Assembly (NCBI RefSeq): GCF_001194135.2
Contig: NC_068994.1
Coordinates: 15,251,275-15,315,274, forward strand
Length of the DNA: 64,000 nucleotides
Source: Octopus bimaculoides
Taxonomy: Eukaryota
Reading direction: 5' to 3'
Shown here: piece by piece, positions 12,994-23,612 of the stretch
Position numbering within the stretch: position 1 is the first letter of the stretch
How the letters are laid out: each line of letters opens with the position of its first letter
Program-made: the position numbers and the translations under genes
Notes under the pieces: generated by a model
Told to the model about the DNA's origin: nothing
The model's input: the letters and a program-made list of their open reading frames with translations, nothing else
Database searches by the model: none

Positions 12994-13383
12994 TTACTTG
13001 TTTTAGTCATTGGACTGCGGCCATGCTGGGGACACAATCTTGGAGGATTTAGTTGACCAAATTGACACCATTACTTTTTTTTTTTTTTACTTTCTCAAAT
13101 CTGGTATTTATCCAATTGGCCTCTTTTGCTGAACTGCTAAGTTGGGGGGGGGGTGTAGACAAACCAACACCAATTATCTAATGGTGGATGTGGGGAGGAG
13201 GCAAGCACAATCACATGCACACCCACATGTACATGGTAAGCTTCCATACAGTTTTCATCTACCAAATTCACTCACAAGGGCTATTGCAGAAGATACTTGC
13301 CCACAGTGCTGCATGGATTGGGGCTAAACCCAAAAGCACATGGTAGAAAAACAAGCTTCTTAACCACATGTCCATGCCTGCAC
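12994..13383 (-). mobile_element. SINE family A, diverged
   Basis: ttacttgttttagtcattggactgcggccatgctgg...gaagatacttgcccacagtgc...aaccacatgtccatgcctgcacc. Confidence 0.8.
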
Positions 13384-13661
13384 CTTACTCTTTTTCTTTT
13401 TTTTTTTTATATTTAATCTTGTAGCCTAATTTCAAAGCTTCAAGTCTTTTACTAAAATGTCTTCTCATAATTTTTTTTTAATCCTGGCATAAAAACTACT
13501 TTTGTAAGAATAATCTTAGAAAAAGAAAGCAAAAAAAATTTAGGGATTAAAAAATATTTTAGGGTATTTGAAGTTTCATATTTTCATATTAATTTTACAA
13601 ACAGGTTTTGTTCTTTAAGTCCTAAATCCTAGAACAATGAATAATTCAAATAGACAACTTA

Positions 13662-13702
<41 letters not shown>

Positions 13703-14122
13703 CATTCCATAAGCATATTGATTTGTTTCAGGTAAGTTTCAGCAAGATAAATGATTATCATTATCATTGTGATCGTTTTTTTTTTTTCACATCCACTTTT
13801 CTATGCTTGCATGGATCAGATGGGATTTGTTGAAGCAGATTTTCTATCACAGGATGCCCTTCCTTTTGCCAACCTCCACCAATTTAAACTAAGGTAATAC
13901 TTCCCCATGACCAGACCTGTTTTCGGAGAAGATTGGCAATGAGCAACACTTTCCTGCATGATTGTGACACTCGTTTACAACTATTGTGCAAGGTCAAGAC
14001 AAAGCAACGCATGCACATCCATTCACAAGGTTTTGGTTGACCTGGGCTATAGTAGAAGACAGTTGTTGGCGGTATCACCCAGTTGAACTGAACCTGAGAC
14101 CATACAGTTGGGAAGCATACTT

Positions 14123-14353
14123 ATTTCTTTACTGCCCACAAGGGGCTAAACATAGAGGGGACAAACAAGGACAGACAAACAGATTAAGTCGATTACATCG
14201 ACCCCAGTGCGTAACTGGTACTTAATTTATCGACCCTGAAAGGGATGAAAGGCAAAGTCGAGCTCAGCGTAATTTGAACTCAGAACGTAACGGCAGACGA
14301 AATACCGCTAAGCATTTCGCCCGGCATGCTAATGTTTCTGCCAGCTCACCGCC
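14123..14353 (-). mobile_element. SINE family B inserted into a SINE A remnant, with 15-bp target site duplication
   Basis: TSD ttgggaagcatactt at 14108-14122 and 14354-14368. Minus-strand head ggcggtgagctggcagaaacattagc. Confidence 0.92.
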
Positions 14354-14976
14354 TTGGGAAGCATACTTGTTTAGCACACAGCTATGCCTGCACTTAATAT
14401 TTGGAACTATATTTTAAAAGTTCAATTATAGACCGATTCTGTATTTGCAATCTTGTGTAAGTTGTTTAAAAAGCATGTAGTTCTTGTAATACATGATTAT
14501 ATATAGCACTTCTATAAAAAGGAAGCTTCTCTAGTTTCTGTTTCATTTAATGTCAGAAACTAAGTTAAATAAATCTTCATATACACTTTCTTTTTTTTAA
14601 ATAAAAGGAACTGATTTAGCTGTAGTTTCATTTGTCNNNNNNNNNNTGGGAAATTTTAATAAATGTCATTAAGAATGTAACATTCTGGTAATTGGTTAGC
14701 TTCATTTAATTTGGAAAATATATCTACATGACAGTCACACCTGTTATGTGTTAATTTATAAATATTTTCATGTAAAATGTTATGCTGATCACAAAAAGAA
14801 ATGGTTGCCTACATAAGGATAAAAAATGTAATTCACATGGAAAAATTGATCATTTAGTGAATGTGCACAGGGCATAAAATCTAAATAATAATTGTTTCTC
14901 TCATAGACACATGTAATAATAATTTCAAATTTAAAAAAGAAATTATCAAACAAATTTTTAAAAAATTATCATGATC

Positions 14977-15145
14977 ATAGGTGCAGAGTGGCTGTGTGGT
15001 AAGTAGCTTGCTTACCAACCACATAGTTCCGGGTTCAGTCCCACTGCGTGGCACCTTGGGCAAGTGTCTTCTACTATAGCCTCGGGCCGACCAAAGCCTT
15101 GTGAGTGGATTTGGTAGACTGAAACTGAAAGAAGCCCGTCGTATA

Positions 15146-15180
<35 letters not shown>

Positions 15181-15395
15181 GTATTTGTGTGTCTGTGTTT
15201 GTCCCCCCAACTTCACTTGACAACCAATGCAGGTGTGTTTACGTCCCCGTAACTTAGTGGTTCGGCAAAAAGAGACTGATATAATAAGTACTAGGCTTAC
15301 AAAGAATAAGTCCTGGGGTCGATTTGCTCAACTAAAGGCGGTGCCCCAGCATGGCCACAGTCAACTGACTGAAACAAGTAAAAGAGTAAAGAGAG
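14977..15395 (+). mobile_element. SINE family A, full length, low divergence
   Basis: gagtggctgtgtggtaagtagcttgcttaccaaccacatagttccgggttcagtcccactgcgtggcaccttgggcaag...gactgaaacaagtaaaagagtaaagagag. Confidence 0.92.
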
Positions 15396-15849
15396 TATGA
15401 AAAGAATTATGTCATTAGTATATACAAGTCAAATGAATTAAATATTGATATTAATTTGAAATAAATGAAAACGGGAATAAAATGTTGTATTTCAGTACAA
15501 ATCAATAAGTTGATTAAATACAAATTAAATACCAGCACCACTAAAACTTTAAATGATTTAAATGCATATAAAATTCTTATATCCCTACTGTTAGAATCTA
15601 TATCAGTAAAATTTATAATTAATATCAAAATTGGAAATAAATGATATAATTTTGAAACTATTGTTATTTATTCTGAAATGGTTTCAAACCTATTTGGAAT
15701 GAATTCGGCACCTGTGCTCAGTAGTTTTACTGATATTGTAAATAATGTTGATAATTCAACTGATTTTAATATTAAAAATAAAATTCACAATGTACTAAAC
15801 ATTTGAAGTTAATTTTCTTTACCTGAAGCATGAAAATGCATGCTAATTC

Positions 15850-17393
15850 AACTTCATCTAGGCATGAAACTGATAAATTTACAGGCCAGACTATTACCAT
15901 TTTCAAAAGCAAAGTTAGTAAAAATTATAATGTGAAGTATTGAACAGTTCATTGGAACCATCTGACTACAGCAATTGGGCTGTGTCTCTTTTATCTATTT
16001 GGAAGCTAGATGACAAAATTTGCATCTGAACAATTTTAAATCGTCAAGAAACTGACTAAAGAATGCCACATAATGCTCAAGTATGGTGGAGTATTCTGTA
16101 AGTTGGAGAATGGAAAAATATCTGTATACAGGAATTTTAAAGATACTTATTTACTAAGCAAGTTAACAGAAGAATCACAAAAAATATTTGTTAGAAATAC
16201 ACCTTTCTGTCTTCACAGGTACAATTAACTAAAAAAAGAAAAATGCAAAAGAAGTATTAGAATTTGTTTCAAAAGTTGGATATTATCCTACGTTCATTGA
16301 GACCATGGCAATCCTTACTGTACTGTTACATAATTTAATGAAAAACAAGATATCATTGAAATGGTCAGATGATTGAACAACAAGTGATTGAGGCCATAGA
16401 GCTTTTCAAACATTACAATGAAAATTTGTTACTAATTTTAGATGTAGATGTATTGCTCAGTCATCATTGAAGTGGTCTGTTACAGCATGAAAATGGAGTT
16501 GAATATTTATTGGCTCACTGGATATTTATGAATAGGTAACTAGGGATTCTCTATTATGTTGGGTTTTCATGCTGAATTAATCACTGATCACAAGCTACTA
16601 ATACACGTACACTCACCAGATAATAATATGCTGGTGTTTAGTCTTAAAGACTACAACATTGAGGATGTTCTGCAGTATATTATAAAGCTTTGAAGCAGCA
16701 CGGAAATGCTGATGCATTATCTAGACTGTTGATCGAACTTAATTATGATTTTCATGCAAGTCAAAGACATCATATTTTATCTGGATTTAAAATACATCAA
16801 ATTATTGATGAAAGTCTCTATGGAACGTCAGTTACTACTAAAGAAGTTGAATCAGCCATAAAGTCTGATATTGATATTATTTGAATTAAACAATTCATCA
16901 ATAATGATTGGCTTGAAAAACTAAACATTAAAGAGGAATAATGGACAAAATGTGATGCAATTAATTATCATGGGAATATATTAAATTTTGTGGTCCAATT
17001 TCCCTTGGATAGTTATTTCAAAAATATATCAAAGTAAAATTTTCACTCAATTGCTTGATGATCATTAGTGCATGGTCCAAATTAAACATAAGTTGTAGAT
17101 ACTGCTGTTGGTTGAAACTGCAATCCAGTAGATATACTTGTCAAATCATGCCTAATATATCAATCATTTGCTAATGCTCTAGATAAAAAAACCTAATGAA
17201 AGAACAAAAATATTTGGGCCATGGCAGTGAATACATATCAATTATGCTGGGCTGTTTTACAATAAAAAAAATAGGTCTATTGCCATTGATTCTCTTTTGA
17301 AATGTTCTTATGTTGCAATGACTACTAATGAAACATTAGCAAAGGTAATACCCCAACATGATTGCAGCCTTTAGCTGAAATGAGTAAAAATAA
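15850..17393 (+). mobile_element. Highly decayed Ty3/Gypsy pol (RT, RNase H, N-terminal integrase), left part
   Basis: Read across frameshifts: TEESQKIFVRNT (RT), TDHKLL and KQHGNADALSRL (RNase H), VKSCLIYQ (zinc-binding CxxC remnant), GPWQ*IHINYAG and IAIDSLLK (integrase core start). The left boundary is approximate. Confidence 0.8.
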
Positions 17394-17411
17394 TCTCTCT
17401 ATATATAAAAT

Positions 17412-17452
<41 letters not shown>

Positions 17453-17611
17453 GCCTGTCTGTTCCCTATGCATTCTCGGACGGCTCAACCTAATCAAATC
17501 AAATTTTACAAGGTAATAGTATTAGACCCCACAAGTGTCAACATGTAATTTTTATTTTCATTTGGATTAAAGCAATATATTTTATCTAAAATAATCTTTC
17601 TATAGTCAACT

Positions 17612-18062
17612 GTAGTAAAGGACATTTTATACCATGACAACGATGACGTCACATTTTTTATATGAGTGTGGATGTGTCTGTGAGTGTGTGTGTGTGTGTA
17701 TTTACACGTTTGTTACATATGACATAGTAAAGGACATTTTATACCATGACGACGACAACATTTTGTATGTAAGTGTGTGTTTGTGCATTCGATACATATG
17801 AGATAGTGAAGGACATTTTATACCATAACAACAACATATTTTGTATATGAATATGTATGTTTCTGTGAGAATGTGTGTGTTTGTACCTTCCTTAGGTATG
17901 AGATAGTAAAGGACATTTTATACTACCGCCACCACCACGACACATTTTGTATATGAGTGTGTATGTGTTTGCATCTTCCTGTACAAGATAGTAAAGGACA
18001 TTTTATACCACGACATCAACACATTTTGTATATGAGTGTGTGTGTGTTTGCGCGTTCGTTAC
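17612..18062. repeat. Five-unit minisatellite inside the Helitron
   Basis: Core (a/g)tagt(a/g)aaggacattttatac starts at about 17612, 17724, 17803, 17903 and 17988. The rest of each unit is a related ttttgtatatgagtgtg segment of variable length. Confidence 0.92.
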
Positions 18063-18070
18063 ATTAATGT

Positions 18071-18579
18071 GTGTTGACAGTCAATCGAGATCAGGCTGTT
18101 CAATACCCTGTTGAATTTCTGAGCACACTTAAACCCACTGGGATGCCACCGCATAACTTGACACTAAAGTTGGATGCTCCCATTATGTTGCTTAGGAATC
18201 TTGACCCACCTCGCCTGTGTAATGGAACTTGCTTAATTGTTACTTCCATGAAGCCCCATTTCTTCAGGCAACAATCATAACAGGTAGTTACAAAGAAGAA
18301 AATGTCTTTATTCCAAAATTTCCTCTCATACCTACAGATGTTCCAATTGAATTTAAGAGGCTTCAGTTTCCAGTCAAACTAAGTTTAGGTATTTCAATTA
18401 ACAAATCTCAGGGTCAATCCTTCAACATAGTTGGACTTCATCTCTCTACTACATGCTTCTCTTGCAGCCAACTCTATGTTGGTTGCTCACGAGTTGGAAA
18501 CAGCAACAATTTATTCATTTGGACACCAACAAAAGATTACACAATGAATATTGTTTACCCTGAGGTGCTTCAAGATTGA
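18071..18579 (+). pseudogene. Helitron Pif1-like helicase C-terminal fragment, frameshifted
   Basis: YPVEFLSTLKPTGMPPHNLTLKLDAPIMLLRNLDPPRLCNGT, then IPKFPLIPTDVPIEFKRLQFPVKLSLGISINKSQGQS...QLYVGCSRVG...NIVYPEVL. These are typical Helitron RepHel helicase motifs. Confidence 0.93.
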
Positions 18580-18720
18580 CAGATTTTCAGTTCAAAATTT
18601 TATTATCATTACAATTTGGATATTTTGAAATAATTATGAGAAAAAAAAATATATCCTCAAATTTATTACTTCCTGAATAAGAACAGCAGTAACCTGAGCA
18701 ATGCAGAGTAATTCAGCTAG

Positions 18721-19320
18721 TATTCTATAAAATCTACATCATTGAAAGATAGCCTGAAACAGTTGTATCCTACAATAGAACTCTGTTGTATCATCCAAAA
18801 TTAAACAATTGTGCAATAAAATGGCATTCAACATATGGCGTCTGCTGTTTTCTATCTGGTTTGTTCAAACATTCAGACAAGGAATTCAATAAGCATTTCG
18901 TAAAAATTATTTATGTGCAGAACAACAACCAAATTTTGTATTCCCATATCATTCTGCACTATTTCCGGCAGAAATGCTGCATGCCTAACAACTAGAAAAA
19001 CTTATGTCATTATTACTGCTAAACCTTGATATGGCAGGCAAACACTTTTAAATATTTATACATTGAATGATCAGTATTACTTAATATTGAAATAACAGTA
19101 AATGAATTTGTAGAGCAATTACAAAGAAACTTAGTTCAACGGCTTGGTTCAAACAAACCAGAGTAAACGGAAACCATGCCAGAATCACATTTGGCTATGG
19201 GTCTGTCCATGAAATCGATCTGCAACCATCATCATTGTCACTACCAATGTTCATTCAGTGTCATTGCTACAACTGCCAAGATCCACCAAGGCAGTGATGA
19301 GCTCCAATGCAATACTTGTC
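18721..19320 (+). mobile_element. Decayed Ty3/Gypsy integrase, right part (continues after the Helitron)
   Basis: YHPKLNNCA resembles YHPxSNG; PAEML resembles SPAELL; LPRSTK resembles the LRRSTR motif of Gypsy integrase C-termini. Confidence 0.65.
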
Positions 19321-22182
19321 ATTATCTATTTGATAACAAAGATAAACAATTATTTTAAATTAAGTATTACCATTTTGTACAATTTACATATCTTACTGTT
19401 GTACAAAATGCATCATATCTCTTCATTGGATGTCAATTATAATTGTTAAATTGAAATTGAAAGTAACTAATAACATATTTAATTATTGCTATGTCTTATT
19501 TTAGTAATTATTCACGCAATATTCTAGCACAAGTTGTTGAAAGGAAGACTACAATATTTCATATAGCGCATTTTTGCTAAACACAGGCAAAAAAATATAC
19601 ATATATATATATATATTTAATATGCAGTATCAATTAACTGGAAAACTGATATATGAAAACTCACTTACACACACTTACACACATGGTGATAAACAGTCGT
19701 TCTTATCTCCTTAAATCTTGTTTTAACAAGTTGATAAACTCAGCACATGTCAAGAGGGGTTGTTTGCTTGTGAAACACTTACTGATGTGATGAAGTAGCT
19801 CTGATAAAATATGTAATCTGTGAAGTATATTAGATATGTACACCATACAATGAATTTCTATTGAGCTGTACATTTATAACTCAACCCCGCCTGCCTTTCT
19901 CTCTCACATTAATATTTTTTTTCTAAACAAAAGTTATTAATGGAAAAATATACAGGAGTGAAGGTGTATAGTTACTTGTATATTTAGAAATTTTATTCCT
20001 GTATCTTTTTCCCTATCTCTCAGTTTTCTTCCTTTTCTTATTCTCTTTGCTTCTTCTTAGCTTCTCTCTTGTCAGAATTAAGTATTGTTTACTTAACCTT
20101 GTTCTATGTAGATTTCTTCATAAAAATCTACATGTTGTCCCAATATTGTAAAGAGGTCAACGTCCAAAAGGTTCATTTATAAAATATTTTTCATTAAAAA
20201 AAGAAAATACATCTTAAATTAGAGTAGTTTGAATGAAACATGATATTAAATTAGATAAAAACTTGTTAAGGCCAAAACAATGCAAGGAATTACAGAAGCA
20301 AAAACAGAACAACAGTTAAAATGTCTTGATGAAGGGGTCCTTACACCGAAATACTGAAAAAAAAAAAAATACAAGGTGGACTTCAACTGTTCTGATTACA
20401 TTTTTGTATTTCATTTTGCATTGTATCAGTCTCAAGTTTTGAGGCTAATAGTTTAAATAGCTAGTTTTTTCTAAATGTTCATAAAAATGTCAAAATTGTA
20501 GAATCATTTAAGATTTGTATGCAAATAGATTTTATATTTATAAATCTATATTGCAAAATTGCCCTTTGAGTTCAAATCTAGATGAAGAACATTGTTTCAG
20601 ACATATTCCTGTCTTTTTCGATTGAGTTTCAGACTACATAATGACTTGATTATACCTTTTGAATTGCAGATGCTATGAATTATTGCCCACATATTTGAAA
20701 TTTAATCAACTTCACTGGTGTTTTGAGACTGAGATAATTATGGTACTCATTAAAGTAATTGAAAACAACAGGAAATTAAATATAAAAAGCAAAAAAAAAA
20801 AATTATGTAGAGTAAGCTTCTTTTCTAGTTGCCACCTATAAAACTCACATTTTTAAAAATAAAGTTCCTAATCTAAAACTGTCTTTACTTTCTTTTTCTT
20901 TCTTCTAAACAGCTGAAACTAAACTTTTACTGAAATGTTCATCAAACTAACTGATGTTCAATATTTTGAGTCACTTATGATTGTCTCTCACTTCTGTTAA
21001 ATTATATTCACTAAGAGAAACGAAAGGATCGTTTGAATATTATACTGTGCTTCTGAGTATTGAAGTGAGTCCTGTCAGGGTCTGTCGTATATTTCTCATT
21101 AACTAAGGGCATGTAGAGCAAGTGTCATAAATATACTGGTGGTAAAATTCATAGGTATTTAACAAGTAGACAGAAGTTACTGAGCAAAACATAGATACAA
21201 GTTAATATTTCTCTCATATTACTCTCATATATGTAATCTAATGAGCTGGAAAACATTGATCTTTCGAGAGCATCCAAGCAATTTGTGAATCAAAACTCTC
21301 TCTAGGTGTGTTTAAAAGTGAGTTAACACTAACAAGATCAGGTGGTTAAAATTTTTGGACAATATAGACAAATATAGGCTGGAGTGGATCTGGCTTTTAA
21401 GGCTTCTGATGAAAGTAGTGGGCATGTTTCAGTCTTATTGGACCTCCTTGGCCAAGCATATTCTACTCAGATGACAAGACTGTGAGTTATATATTATAGT
21501 TTGGAATGTAGTAAGTCCTGAATTTTATCAGTTAATTTTATTGCGGTTACCACTTTTGCTTGTTTATCTTTCCTCGGAGTTTTACTCACCAATTGCTTGG
21601 ATAATTTCCGTTCATCAGTTTTTCACTTCACTATAGTACTATAATTGTATTTAGCAAGCAGAACACTCCCTGAAGTATTTTCCATCAACAATTAGTTTCA
21701 CTACTCTCTCCCTCCCCTCCCTATATATATATGAGAGAGAGAGAAAGAGATCACTTTTAATCATGCAGTGTAGAATATGCCAAGGAGGTTTAATAAGACT
21801 GAAACACATCTGTTGTTTTCACCATTTGGCTTTAATGATCTGTTACACTCCAATTTGCATTGTCTATGTTCAAAAATTTCAATCAACTGATCATATTGGT
21901 GTTATTTTTCCCAGAGGAAGTTTTTGTTCACCAATTATTTTGATAATGTCGGTATTTGTATTTAGAGTACAAAATGATCCACTGAGGAATTTCCAAGTGG
22001 TCGTATTGTTTTTGTTCTCCACTCCACCTTTTTTTGTTGTTGTTGTTTGTTTTTTTTTTGTTTTTTTTTTAAAGAAATCGTTGCTGAAGAGAATAAATGT
22101 TAATAAAACCCAATGCAGCCCAGAGCCTAATTTAATTGTTGTTTCCAGTTAATTTATAACAACACCTTCTCTATTATTTTAG

Positions 22183-22316
22183 ATTTATACAGTGTCCCTG
22201 AAGAGAGTAATCCATCACCGCTGTCTTCCATGACAAAACCCTACAGCTCGTACAGCAGCCGCTATAGTAGTGGGAGCAGCATTGGTTATGATTTAAGATC
22301 TTTGTCAAAGAAGGAG
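22183..22316 (+). CDS. Internal exon (134 nt, phase 1-0): DLYSVPEESNPSPLSSMTKPYSSYSSRYSSGSSIGYDLRSLSKKE
   Basis: ctattattttag acceptor, gag|gtaag donor, open frame continuous with the 12253-12381 exon, and higher GC than the flanks. Confidence 0.87.
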
Positions 22317-23026
22317 GTAAGAGATCTGTGTTTCTTGTGATGTGTCTCTCATGCTTTTCTTTCACTACTGATCTCCTCAAGATAAGTATTAGTGCAATTT
22401 GCTATACATTTAGAAAACACTGATTTGAATGCTGTACCTAATTTATATATATTAAAAAAAAAAAAAGAAAAGGCTTTCTCTCAAAAGAAAAGAGTTACTG
22501 CTATGTTATCTTTTTTTCTTCCTCACTTTAATGTTTGATCTGCTAATTATGTTTTCAATATCGTCAACACAGCCAATCATTTGTATGTACCCTAGAATTT
22601 GGTTTAGGTTAAATAGAAATTAGGATCGATATTATAGGCTAGCAAGGTCTACTTCGCTGTAACTTTCCTTGCAGCAATTTGTTTACAACATCTTTATCAC
22701 AAGCAAGCGTCTGTTTTTACTGTTGTTTAGATTTTCTAGATTATATGTAAAAATTTCTCATCAAAAAATGTTCAGAGTTAACCCTTTTGTTATACATCTG
22801 TTTGACATACATTGCCTTTCTTTCAATTAATTTTGAAAACAATGAAAGATTCAATAAAATAACATTGTCATTATTAAGGTCAACTTTGCTTTCATCATTT
22901 TGGGGGTCAATAAAATAGGTACCAGTTGAGTACTGAGGTCAATGTAATCGAGTATACCCCTCCCCCAAATTTCAGGTCATGTGCCTATAGTAGAAAGGAT
23001 TATTAAGCTAGTGAAAATGAAATTGT

Positions 23027-23392
23027 GATGGCACCTGTGCCCAGCGTCGCCTTTCTGGCACTTGTGCCTGTGGCACGTGTAAAGACTTTCGAGTGCGAAC
23101 GTTGCTAGTGCCGCTGGACTGGCTCTTGTGCAGGTGGCACGTAAAATACACCATTTTGAGTGTGGCTGTTGCCAGTACCACCTGACTGGCCTTCATGCCG
23201 GTGGCACCTAAATGCACCCACTACACTCTTGGAGTGGTTGGCGTTAGGAAGGGCATCCAGCTGTAGAAACTCTGCCAAATCAGATTGGAGCCTGGTGTAG
23301 CCATCTGGTTCACCAGTCCTCAGTCAGATCGTCCAACCCATGCTAGCATGGAAGGCGGACATTAAACGATGATGATGATGATGATGATGATG
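23027..23392 (+). mobile_element. RTE LINE 3' UTR/tail copy ending in (GAT)n
   Basis: Same sequence family as 9385-9690. Confidence 0.88.
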
Positions 23393-23393
23393 T

Positions 23394-23612
23394 AAGGTGG
23401 CGAGCTGACAGAATCATTAGCATGCAGGGCTAAATGCTTAGTGGCATTTCATCTGCTTTTACATTCTGAGTTCAAATGCTGCCAGGGTTGACTTTGCCTT
23501 TCGTCCTTTTTTGGCTTGATAAAATATATACTAATTCCACATTCAGGTCAATGTGATCGACTTATTCTCTTCTCTGGACTTGCTGACCTTGTGCCAAAAT
23601 TTGAAATCATTG
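23394..23612 (+). mobile_element. SINE family B
   Basis: aaggtggcgagctgacagaatcattagc...ttctgagttcaaatgctgccagggttgactttgcctttc...gtgccaaaatttgaaatcattg. Confidence 0.8.

Larger units (their letters stand above)
17394..18720 (+). mobile_element. Non-autonomous Helitron (internal deletion derivative, about 1.3 kb)
   Basis: 5' A|TC(tctctatatataaaa) start, 3' decayed hairpin acctgagcaatgcagagt then CTAG|T end, no TSD, and a Pif1-family helicase C-terminal fragment inside. Confidence 0.85.

Noticed and set aside
14977-15060. tRNA-like sequences with A/B boxes at SINE heads
   Set aside because: No complete cloverleaf is present, and they always continue into SINE bodies, so they are not tRNA genes.
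17612-18062. Repeat-spacer-like array resembling CRISPR
   Set aside because: The spacers are homologous to one another, unit lengths vary, there are no cas genes, and the array lies inside a eukaryotic Helitron.
18071-18579. Host PIF1 helicase gene
   Set aside because: The fragment is partial, frameshifted, lacks splice context and is bounded by Helitron termini.
20325-20370. Hammerhead-like ttgatgaaggggtccttacaccgaaa
   Set aside because: The core is altered, stem II is mismatched, and stems I and III cannot form. At most a dead remnant.
21200-21310. NELENIDLSRASKQFVNQN resembling a hAT transposase C-terminus
   Set aside because: Too short and decayed to support without a profile search.
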